A stretch of DNA of 54,746 nt from the IMG/VR virus record IMGVR_UViG_3300000117_000028, positions 1 through 54,746 of that record, one strand, 5' to 3'. The notes beneath the pieces were generated by a model that saw nothing but the letters and a program-made list of their open reading frames with translations, was not told the origin of the DNA and made no database searches. Positions 37,027 to 44,665 of the stretch are shown here, piece by piece; positions within the stretch are counted from its first letter, which is position 1; every line of letters starts with the position of its first letter. A program made the position numbers and the translations under genes. The DNA comes from a virus. Taxonomy: Duplodnaviria > Caudoviricetes.

Positions 37027-37215
37027 GTGTGGTTAGGTTTATTGTTAGCGTGTCTTAATCCTTCTGCAACTTCTTGTACCATTATGGCGAAAACAGATCA
37101 ACTGTTTTATAGTGAACAAGAGTGTGTGGCTGAAGGAACTGAGGTTGCTAACAATTTACGTAATAAAAATGTATACGCTATTCCAATGTGTGTAAAAATA
37201 GGAGATAACGCATGA
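37027..37215 (+). CDS. Small secreted or membrane Cys-rich protein
   Basis: GTG start; hydrophobic N-terminus MWLGLLLAC; 4 Cys. Confidence 0.5.
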   Translation: MWLGLLLACLNPSATSCTIMAKTDQLFYSEQECVAEGTEVANNLRNKNVYAIPMCVKIGDNA

Positions 37216-37298
37216 CTACTTGTAAAGGTTGTGAAACACGAGGTAACTGCTTGGCTGCAGATAAATGTTTAAAAAGAAGCTTGGGTAGTAAAGAATAA
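37212..37298 (+). CDS. 28-aa Cys-rich mini-protein (not in ORF track)
   Basis: AGGAG SD, ATGA overlap; MTTCKGCETRGNCLAADKCLKRSLGSKE. Confidence 0.5.
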   Translation: MTTCKGCETRGNCLAADKCLKRSLGSKE

Positions 37299-37301
37299 GT
37301 A

Positions 37302-37667
37302 ATGGTTGCATCTCGTGATTATAACACTGCAACAAAAGGAATAATAGTTACCGCCACAACAGGCGGTGCTACTTCTAATGTTGTGTATACGTGTCCAGCT
37401 AACTTTGATGCAGAGATAGACTTCTTGCATATTACTAATGGTGACTCGGCTAATCACAATATAAGTATACAGTGGTATCACGCAGATACAGATACGTATC
37501 ATCATATTCTAAATGATAAAGCTATCACAGGTAAAGATGTGTATAATATTATAACGTCAGACAGGATATACTTACACGCAAATGATAAGATAACAGCCTT
37601 TAATGGTTCAAGTGGTAACTTGGAGGTGTTCCTATCCGCTAAAGAGTTTTTTAACCCTAACAGATAG
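37302..37667 (+). CDS. Hypothetical beta-rich protein
   Basis: VYTCPAN...LHITN motif; in-operon ORF. Confidence 0.6.
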   Translation: MVASRDYNTATKGIIVTATTGGATSNVVYTCPANFDAEIDFLHITNGDSANHNISIQWYHADTDTYHHILNDKAITGKDVYNIITSDRIYLHANDKITAFNGSSGNLEVFLSAKEFFNPNR

Positions 37668-37679
37668 CACATAGCGGGG

Positions 37680-37710
37680 TTGCATTATTGTCTGTAGTAT
37701 GGTATAACTA
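37680..37710 (+). promoter_or_regulatory. Promoter for the DUF1127 gene
   Basis: TTGCAT (37680-37685) - 17 nt - TATAAC (37703-37708), preceded by TG-n extended -10. Confidence 0.6.
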
Positions 37711-37717
37711 AATATGG

Positions 37718-37774
37718 TATAACTCCTGTGTATACAAACGTGTATACATGATGTTCATGGAACAAGGAGTTATA
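37718..37774 (+). promoter_or_regulatory. Structured 5' UTR (three-way junction) sequestering the Shine-Dalgarno
   Basis: TATAACTCCT (37718-27) pairs perfectly with AGGAGTTATA (37765-74), enclosing hairpins TGTATACA-AACG-TGTATACA and TGTTC-ATG-GAACA. Confidence 0.7.
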
Positions 37775-37777
37775 AAC

Positions 37778-37927
37778 ATGAAATGGTTAATTAATTGGTT
37801 TGAAGCAGTAGCAGTAGCACAACAACGCCGTGCAGATTATTGGTTGCTTCGTAATATGTCAGATAAAGAATTAAAAGATATAGGAATTTCTCGTGGCGAA
37901 ATCTCCCAAAAAGTCTTCAACGGTTAA
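37778..37927 (+). CDS. DUF1127 (YjiS-like) small protein, 49 aa (not in ORF track)
   Basis: MKWLINWFEAVAVAQQRRADYWLLRNMSDKELKDIGISRGEISQKVFNG contains the LxxxSDxxLxDIGxxRxxI signature; AGGAG SD. Confidence 0.88.
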   Translation: MKWLINWFEAVAVAQQRRADYWLLRNMSDKELKDIGISRGEISQKVFNG

Positions 37928-38081
37928 TGCGGCTGGTAATTATACTAAGCCTGCTATGCGTAAGCGTCTTGTCGCCTCCGTTAAAGCTGGTGGCAAAGGT
38001 GGAAAGCCCGGACAGTGGAGCGCACGTAAGGCACAAATGGTTGCAAAGCAATATAAAGCAAAAGGTGGGGGCTATAAGTAA
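37893..38081 (+). CDS. DUF5872-like protein, N-terminal half
   Basis: YTKPxMRxRL...KAGxKGGKPGQWSARKAQ...YK..GGGY. Confidence 0.7.
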   Translation: MAKSPKKSSTVNAAGNYTKPAMRKRLVASVKAGGKGGKPGQWSARKAQMVAKQYKAKGGGYK

Positions 38082-38338
38082 TGGCCCTCGCCAAATCTCA
38101 AAAGAGTCTTAACAAATGGACAAAGCAGGATTGGAGAACTAAAAGTGGTAAACCTTCTACGCAAGGCCCAAAAGCTACTGGTGAACGCTATCTCCCGGCT
38201 AAAGCTATTAAAGCTATGTCTAGTGGAGAGTATGCAGCTAGTACTGCTAAAAAAAGAAAAGACACTCAAGCTGGTAAACAATTTTCTAAACAACCTAAAG
38301 CTGCAGCTGAAAAAGCTAAACGTTTTAGGCGCACGTAA
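38081..38338 (+). CDS. DUF5872-like protein, C-terminal half
   Basis: SQKSLxKWTxQDWRTK...RYLP.KA...GKQF; TAATG-coupled. Confidence 0.7.
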   Translation: MALAKSQKSLNKWTKQDWRTKSGKPSTQGPKATGERYLPAKAIKAMSSGEYAASTAKKRKDTQAGKQFSKQPKAAAEKAKRFRRT

Positions 38339-38371
38339 ATAAAAACAAGTAAGACTATTGGAGAAATAAAT

Positions 38372-38545
38372 TTGTTGTGTGTGTTGGCCTTTGTTTCATT
38401 CGGTCACGCATGGACTGTAAGTGGTAACATTTTGTTTCAATATTGTTACTACGACTGTGGGTTGCCTAAAAACGGTTTGTTTTACGATAGGGTATATAGA
38501 GTAAGCTACAACTATGTATGCCCTATAGAGGTTAAGTTCAAATGA
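38372..38545 (+). CDS. Small Cys/Tyr-rich protein (57 aa, not in ORF track)
   Basis: TTG start after GGAG; MLCVLAFVSFGHAW...CYYDCG...CP; ATGA overlap with the next gene. Confidence 0.5.
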   Translation: MLCVLAFVSFGHAWTVSGNILFQYCYYDCGLPKNGLFYDRVYRVSYNYVCPIEVKFK

Positions 38546-39018
38546 TTGATCCCTTCACAGCCTTTGCTGCAGCACAGACAGCTGTATCTGCCATTAAGAA
38601 GGGTATTCAGTTAGGCAAGGACATTGGAGGTATCTCTAATGACTTAGCTAAGTTTGCTGGTGCTGTCTCTGATCTTAGCTTTGCACACAAGCAGTCAGAG
38701 AATCCACCTTGGTATGCTGTACTATTCGGTGGTAGTGGCCCTAGTGCGATGGACATCTTCGCTAAGAAGAAACAAGCGGAGGCTCTACGTGCTGAGATTA
38801 AACAGTATATTCAGTTTGCTTACGGGCAGAGTGCTTGGGAAGAGCTTCTCCACATTGAAGCGAAGGTACGTAAAGACCGTCAGAAAACTATGTATCGCAA
38901 GGCTGAGATTAAACAGGCTATTGTGGAGTGGAGCCTTGGTATATTGGTTGTTCTATCAGGAATTGGTGTTCTTGGCGTGGGGATTTATTTCCTCGGCAAA
39001 AAACAAGGAAAGTGGTAA
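38542..39018 (+). CDS. Membrane-anchored hypothetical protein
   Basis: MIDP N-terminus; C-terminal transmembrane helix. Confidence 0.65.
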   Translation: MIDPFTAFAAAQTAVSAIKKGIQLGKDIGGISNDLAKFAGAVSDLSFAHKQSENPPWYAVLFGGSGPSAMDIFAKKKQAEALRAEIKQYIQFAYGQSAWEELLHIEAKVRKDRQKTMYRKAEIKQAIVEWSLGILVVLSGIGVLGVGIYFLGKKQGKW

Positions 39019-39263
39019 TGGCAACGACTGTACTAGATGATTGGAAAGTACTCCCAAGGCTAATGATGCTGGCAGTTACTGTACTCACGTATCAAGCAGT
39101 ACATTGGTTCATGTCCTTGCCTGACCCTAGCGTAGCGCAGTCTGGCCTTGTATCGGTCTGTATGGGTGCTCTCACAGGATGTTTCGGCATTTGGATGGGT
39201 AAAGAGTCTAAGACTAATGTAACACCCACACGTGTAGTGCATGAAGAAAGTTATAACAAATGA
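39018..39263 (+). CDS. Two-TM holin-like membrane protein
   Basis: Probable true start at TAATG 39018; LDxWxVxPR plus two hydrophobic helices; lysis cassette. Confidence 0.55.
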   Translation: MATTVLDDWKVLPRLMMLAVTVLTYQAVHWFMSLPDPSVAQSGLVSVCMGALTGCFGIWMGKESKTNVTPTRVVHEESYNK

Positions 39264-39616
39264 TAGGTCAGATTATAGGTGCAGTAGGTGGACTTGCTTC
39301 GTCTTACCTTGACGGTAAGGTAGCAATACAGAAAGCCAATGCAGAGATAAGAGTTAAGCAAGCAACAGGTGAGCTTGACTGGGACATTGCTGCAATGAAC
39401 AGCACCCAGAACTCTTGGAAGGACGAGTGGATTACTTTGTTATTTAGTATTCCTCTTATCCTAGCCTTCTGTGGTGACTGGGGTAACCAAATTGTACAGG
39501 CTGGTTTTGCATCCCTTGAGTCTATGCCTACATGGTATCAGTATTCACTGGGCGGTATTGTAAGTGCAAGCATTGGCATGAGATCAGTATCTAAGTTCTT
39601 TACAGGTAAAAAATAA
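39260..39616 (+). CDS. Holin (GTA-type 3-TM-like)
   Basis: SWKDEW...PxWY...SxGxR; directly upstream of the endolysin. Confidence 0.65.
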   Translation: MIGQIIGAVGGLASSYLDGKVAIQKANAEIRVKQATGELDWDIAAMNSTQNSWKDEWITLLFSIPLILAFCGDWGNQIVQAGFASLESMPTWYQYSLGGIVSASIGMRSVSKFFTGKK

Positions 39617-39617
39617 T

Positions 39618-40070
39618 ATGACATTTAAACTATCTAACCGTAGCCTCGCTAAAATGGAAGGCGTAGATGAAAGACTAGTCGCAGTAGTCAAACGTGCTAT
39701 TGAGCTTACTAAGGTAGACTTCGGAGTTATTTATGGTCTACGCACAGTAGAAGAGCAAGAGAAGCTTGTAGCTGCAGGTAAGTCCCAGACTATGAAGTCC
39801 AAACACCTAGAGGGACGTGCAGTAGACCTCATGGCTTATGTGGATGGTAAGGGCGTATGGGAACTCAATGTTTACGATGATCTCTGTGACGCAATGAAAG
39901 AGGCAGCACGAGAACTTGGTGTAGCAATCAAGTGGGGTGCTGCTTGGTCTGAAGGTGATATCCGTACATACGAAGGTACAGCTGAAGACGCAATGATGGC
40001 ATATGTAGACTTACGCCGCAGTCAGGGGCGCAGACCGTTTATTGATGGCCCTCATTTTGAATTAATGTAA
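39618..40070 (+). CDS. Endolysin, M15-family L-Ala-D-Glu peptidase
   Basis: GxRTxEEQ, SKHxxGxAVD and DGPHFEL zinc-peptidase motifs. Confidence 0.9.
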   Translation: MTFKLSNRSLAKMEGVDERLVAVVKRAIELTKVDFGVIYGLRTVEEQEKLVAAGKSQTMKSKHLEGRAVDLMAYVDGKGVWELNVYDDLCDAMKEAARELGVAIKWGAAWSEGDIRTYEGTAEDAMMAYVDLRRSQGRRPFIDGPHFELM

Positions 40071-40116
40071 TAGGTAGCAAACTTTATACTTGCAATACCT
40101 GAAAGAAAGAGTTATT

Positions 40117-40488
40117 ATGGCACGAGCACTAACAGAAAAACAAAAGAAACTACTTGAAGTCTTATTTGATGAGGCGGGTGGGGACATTGTTACTGCAAAA
40201 AAACTTGCAGGTTATTCCGATGCTACTTCATCTACTGAAGTTATTAACTCTCTTAAAGAAGAAATACTAGATGCCACATCTACTTATATGGCACGTAACG
40301 CACCTAAAGCTGCTATGGCTATGGTGGGTGCTTTGTATGATCCTACTGAGCTTGGTATTCGTGATAAAATGTCAGCGGCTAAAGAACTGTTAGATCGTAC
40401 TGGGTTAGTTAAAACAGAAAAAATGCAAGTAGAAGCTAGGGGTGGAGTAATGTTAATGCCACCAAAGCAAACGGAAGAAGATGACTAA
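40117..40488 (+). CDS. Putative terminase small subunit
   Basis: LTEKQ..AGYS HTH N-terminus; AAKELLDRxG; upstream of TerL. Confidence 0.65.
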   Translation: MARALTEKQKKLLEVLFDEAGGDIVTAKKLAGYSDATSSTEVINSLKEEILDATSTYMARNAPKAAMAMVGALYDPTELGIRDKMSAAKELLDRTGLVKTEKMQVEARGGVMLMPPKQTEEDD

Positions 40489-40927
40489 AACATTAAAGCA
40501 ATGGAAGTTACCCCAACCGACTGACATAAAAGAAGACAATGAATGGGTTCCTATTCCCCGTATATCTAGGACCGTTCCATTTGGTTATGAGATAGACTCA
40601 GATGATCCTGATGTGCTTTTACCTATTGAGCACGAACTTGATATGCTTCAGCAAGCACAAAAGTATCTTAAACAATATTCATATCGTGAAGTAGCTAATT
40701 GGCTAACACGGAATACAGGTAGAGATATATCCCATGTAGGTTTACGTAAACGGTTGGAAAATGAACGACAGCGAAAAAACAAAGCTAGAAGCCTACGCAG
40801 ATGGGCAGACTATGCGAAAAAGGCAATCGCCAAAGCGGAAGAAATTGAACGTACAAGACTCGGAGCAAAAGTCAACGAAGGCGAAGACTACTACGAGGAA
40901 ACGGAGTCGGGCCAAATTAAAGCCTGA
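40481..40927 (+). CDS. Putative DNA-binding protein (PFGY + HTH)
   Basis: RTVPFGY...SYREVANWL...ISHVGL. Confidence 0.6.
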   Translation: MTKTLKQWKLPQPTDIKEDNEWVPIPRISRTVPFGYEIDSDDPDVLLPIEHELDMLQQAQKYLKQYSYREVANWLTRNTGRDISHVGLRKRLENERQRKNKARSLRRWADYAKKAIAKAEEIERTRLGAKVNEGEDYYEETESGQIKA

Positions 40928-42362
40928 ACCCGCAAAGATTGTTGAAGAGGTTCCTATTGAGGAACAGCATAACATAATCTTTAAACCTAATGAAGGACCA
41001 CAAACAGAGTTCCTTGCAGCGGGTGAGCGTGAAGTACTTTATGGTGGCAGCGCCGGAGGAGGAAAATCCTACGCCATGCTTGCCGATCCTCTACGGTACA
41101 TGGGACATCCTAGCTTTTCAGGATTGCTACTACGGCATACTACAGAAGAGTTACGGGAACTTATCTTTAAATCTCAAGAGATGTATCCCAAAATCTGGCC
41201 CGGTATTAAGTGGTCAGAACGCAAGATGCAGTGGACTGCGCCCTCTGGTGCAAGATTATGGATGTCCTACCTAGACAGGGAAGATGACGTTCTCCGCTAC
41301 CAAGGTCTGGCATTTAGCTGGATAGGCTTTGACGAGTTGACACAATGGGCTTCCCCATTTGCATGGAACTATATGCGATCTCGTCTCCGGTCCACTGCAC
41401 CTGACTTGCCTATCTTTATGAGAGCAACTACTAACCCCGGCGGCAGGGGACATCACTGGGTTAAGAAAATGTTTATTGACCCAGCACCAGCAGGGAAAGC
41501 CTTTAATGCAACTGATATTGAATCTGGTGAAGACCTTAAATATCCTGCAGGACACGAGAAGGCAGGAAAGTCTCTGTTCAAACGTAGGTTTATACCTGCA
41601 CGTCTTTCAGACAATCCTTATTTAAGTAAACAAGGTGACTATGAAGCAATGCTTCTGTCGTTACCTGAACAACAACGTAGACAGTTGCTTGAGGGCGACT
41701 GGGACATCAAAGAAGGCGCAGCCTTTACAGAGTTTGATAGAAACATCCACGTCATTGAACCTTTTAAAATACCACACAATTGGGTTAAGTTTAGAGCATG
41801 TGACTATGGATACGGCAGTAAATCCGGAGTTGTTTGGTTTGCAGTTTCTCCTGATGAACAGTTAATTGTGTATAGAGAATTATACGTAAGTAAGGTTCTT
41901 GCTACTGATCTAGCCGACATGGTACTAGATTTAGAAGCGGAAGATGGAAACATTAAGTACGGTGTACTTGACTCTTCTTTGTGGCATAAACGTGGAGATA
42001 CTGGTCCTAGTCTTGCTGAACAAATGATTATGAAGGGTTGTCGTTGGAGACCGTCAGATCGTTCTAAAGGTTCTCGTGTAGCAGGTAAGAACGAAATACA
42101 TAGGCGTTTACAGGTAGATGAGTTTACAGAAAATCCTAGAATGGTATTCTTTAATACTTGCACAAATATAGTGTCACAATTGCCAGCTATACCTTTGGAT
42201 AAAAAGAACCCAGAAGATATTGATACACATTCTGAAGATCACTTGTATGATGCCTTGCGCTATGGTATAATGTCCCGACCACGATTTAGTGTATTTGATT
42301 ACGATCCACACGGAAGACCTTCAATAGGTATGCGTGTAGCAGACGCAACGTTTGGTTACTAA
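40761..42362 (+). CDS. terL: Terminase large subunit (start uncertain: 40761 or 40812)
   Basis: YGGSAGGGKS Walker A, FDELT Walker B, TTNPGG, DYG and DHLYDALRY nuclease motifs. Confidence 0.93.
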   Translation: MNDSEKTKLEAYADGQTMRKRQSPKRKKLNVQDSEQKSTKAKTTTRKRSRAKLKPEPAKIVEEVPIEEQHNIIFKPNEGPQTEFLAAGEREVLYGGSAGGGKSYAMLADPLRYMGHPSFSGLLLRHTTEELRELIFKSQEMYPKIWPGIKWSERKMQWTAPSGARLWMSYLDREDDVLRYQGLAFSWIGFDELTQWASPFAWNYMRSRLRSTAPDLPIFMRATTNPGGRGHHWVKKMFIDPAPAGKAFNATDIESGEDLKYPAGHEKAGKSLFKRRFIPARLSDNPYLSKQGDYEAMLLSLPEQQRRQLLEGDWDIKEGAAFTEFDRNIHVIEPFKIPHNWVKFRACDYGYGSKSGVVWFAVSPDEQLIVYRELYVSKVLATDLADMVLDLEAEDGNIKYGVLDSSLWHKRGDTGPSLAEQMIMKGCRWRPSDRSKGSRVAGKNEIHRRLQVDEFTENPRMVFFNTCTNIVSQLPAIPLDKKNPEDIDTHSEDHLYDALRYGIMSRPRFSVFDYDPHGRPSIGMRVADATFGY

Positions 42363-42372
42363 GGAAAAATAA

Positions 42373-44514
42373 ATGGCAGAAGAAAATGACATCTTTATTG
42401 AAGACAATTCAATTGCATTAGAGGATACAGATAACTCTACTGAATTTGATGCAGATACTTCAAAGATTATTCCATATGTAATGGAACGCTACAACCGTTC
42501 AGAAGACTATCGGCGTCAAGATGAAGAACGTTGGCTACGCTCATATCGTAACTATCGTGGTATCTATGGACCAGACGTACAGTTTACGGATGCAGAAAAG
42601 TCTCGTGTATTTATTAAAGTTACTAAGACAAAAACCTTAGCTGCGTATGGGCAGATTGTAGATGTATTGTTTGCTAACAATCGTTTTCCTTTGTCCATTG
42701 AACCTACAGAACTTCCAGAAGGTGTAGTCGCAGACGTACACTTTGATCCAGCTGAACCCGAACAAATGCGTGAAAATGGGTTGGATAAAGAAATTAACCC
42801 TTACGGTTTTAAGGGTGATGGTAAAGAGTTTCCTGCAGGAGCAACTCTTAAAACATTAAATGATATGCTTGGTCCTATCAAAGATAAGTTTGAGGGGGTT
42901 GATAATGTACAAGCTGGTGTAGGTAAAACTCCTACATCTGTTACATTTAGTCCTGCGATGATTGCAGCTAAAAAGATGCAAAAGCAAATACAAGATCAAT
43001 TGGAAGAATCATCTGCATCTAAACACTTACGTAGTACCGCTTTTGAAATGGCCTTGTTTGGTACTGGTGTAATGAAGGGTCCATTTGCTATAGACAAAGA
43101 GTATCCTAATTGGGATGAAGAAGGTAACTACGATCCCGTGTTTAAAACTATACCACAGGTATCTCATGTATCTGTGTGGAACTTTTATCCTGATCCAGAT
43201 GCTAATAGCATGGACGACGCTCAGTATATAATTGAACGTCATAAACTGTCTCGTACCCAAATGAGAGGGTTAAAGAAAAGACCTTACTTCCGTAGTACAG
43301 TTATTGATGAAGCAATTTCTTTGGGTGAAAACTATGATAAACAATACTGGGAAGATGATCTTTCAGACTACGCACCTGAGCATGGCATTGAACGTTATGA
43401 AGTCCTAGAGTACTGGGGCATGGTAGACGTTGAGATGTTGGAAGAACAGGGCGTAGATATTCCAGATGAACTTACAGCATTTGATGAGTTACAGGCAAAT
43501 GTATGGATTTGTAACAATAAATTAATTCGTATGGTGCTTAATCCATTTAAGCCTGCACGTATTCCTTATCAAGCTGTGCCTTATGAATTGAACCCTTATT
43601 CATTCTTTGGTGTTGGTATTGCTGAAAATATGGATGATACTCAAACACTTATGAATGGTTTCATGCGTATGGCAGTGGATAATGCAGTACTGTCGGGTAA
43701 TCTTCTTATTGAAGTAGATGAAACCAACCTAGTACCCGGTCAGGATTTATCTGTGTATCCCGGTAAAGTGTTTCGTAGGCAAGGCGGGGCACCCGGACAG
43801 GCTATCTTTGGTACTAAGTTTCCTAACGTTGCTGGTGAAAATCTACAGTTGTTTGACAAGGCACGTGTACTTGCGGATGAATCAACAGGCTTCCCATCTT
43901 TTGCACACGGACAAACTGGTGTATCTGGTGTAGGCCGTACAGCAAGTGGTATTAGTATGTTGATGGGTGCTGCTAGTGGCGGTATTAAGAACGTAATTAA
44001 AAACATTGATGATTATCTACTGCGCCCAATGGGTGAAGGTTTATTCCGCTTTAACATGCAGTTTAACTTTGACCCAGAGATGCGTGGTGACTTAGAAGTT
44101 AAAGCACGTGGTACTGAATCTCTTATGGCTAACGAAGTACGTAGTCAACGTTTAATGCAATTCTTGCAAGTATCCTCCAACCCAGCACTTGCACCATTTG
44201 CTAAGTTTCAATACATTATTCGTGAGATTGCAAAATCTCTTGAACTTGACCCTGACAAAGTAACCAACAATATGGACGAGGCTGCATTGCAAGCAGAACT
44301 TATGAAAGGTATGCAAGCACAACAGCCAGCACCAGAAGGTGGACCTGCACCCGTAGGAGCAAACCCAATGGACACATCAGGAGCAGGTGGTGGTAATATA
44401 GGCGTAGGTCAAGCACCAGTACCGGGAGAACAAGGATTTAGTGGTAATGCACAAGGACAAGGAGCACCTCAGCAAGCTCAAGGCAATGGTCAGCAACCAA
44501 GCCCAATGGTCTAA
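42373..44514 (+). CDS. Portal protein
   Basis: 713 aa directly after TerL; FGTGVMK, FYPDP, RTASGxSML. Confidence 0.85.
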   Translation: MAEENDIFIEDNSIALEDTDNSTEFDADTSKIIPYVMERYNRSEDYRRQDEERWLRSYRNYRGIYGPDVQFTDAEKSRVFIKVTKTKTLAAYGQIVDVLFANNRFPLSIEPTELPEGVVADVHFDPAEPEQMRENGLDKEINPYGFKGDGKEFPAGATLKTLNDMLGPIKDKFEGVDNVQAGVGKTPTSVTFSPAMIAAKKMQKQIQDQLEESSASKHLRSTAFEMALFGTGVMKGPFAIDKEYPNWDEEGNYDPVFKTIPQVSHVSVWNFYPDPDANSMDDAQYIIERHKLSRTQMRGLKKRPYFRSTVIDEAISLGENYDKQYWEDDLSDYAPEHGIERYEVLEYWGMVDVEMLEEQGVDIPDELTAFDELQANVWICNNKLIRMVLNPFKPARIPYQAVPYELNPYSFFGVGIAENMDDTQTLMNGFMRMAVDNAVLSGNLLIEVDETNLVPGQDLSVYPGKVFRRQGGAPGQAIFGTKFPNVAGENLQLFDKARVLADESTGFPSFAHGQTGVSGVGRTASGISMLMGAASGGIKNVIKNIDDYLLRPMGEGLFRFNMQFNFDPEMRGDLEVKARGTESLMANEVRSQRLMQFLQVSSNPALAPFAKFQYIIREIAKSLELDPDKVTNNMDEAALQAELMKGMQAQQPAPEGGPAPVGANPMDTSGAGGGNIGVGQAPVPGEQGFSGNAQGQGAPQQAQGNGQQPSPMV

Positions 44515-44665
44515 GTTTGAAGAATACTTAGATACTTTAATAAACCAACAACACCGCACTATGGAACAAACTAATGAATCTGTTGCGGTGTATAGATCAC
44601 AAGGCGCAATATATCAGTTACGTAGATTAAAACTATTAAGAGATGAAGTATTAAAGAATGGCTGA
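44441..44665 (+). CDS. Small conserved protein after the portal
   Basis: YRSQGAI..L..LK.LRDEV; overlaps the portal 3' end. Confidence 0.6.
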   Translation: MVMHKDKEHLSKLKAMVSNQAQWSKFEEYLDTLINQQHRTMEQTNESVAVYRSQGAIYQLRRLKLLRDEVLKNG

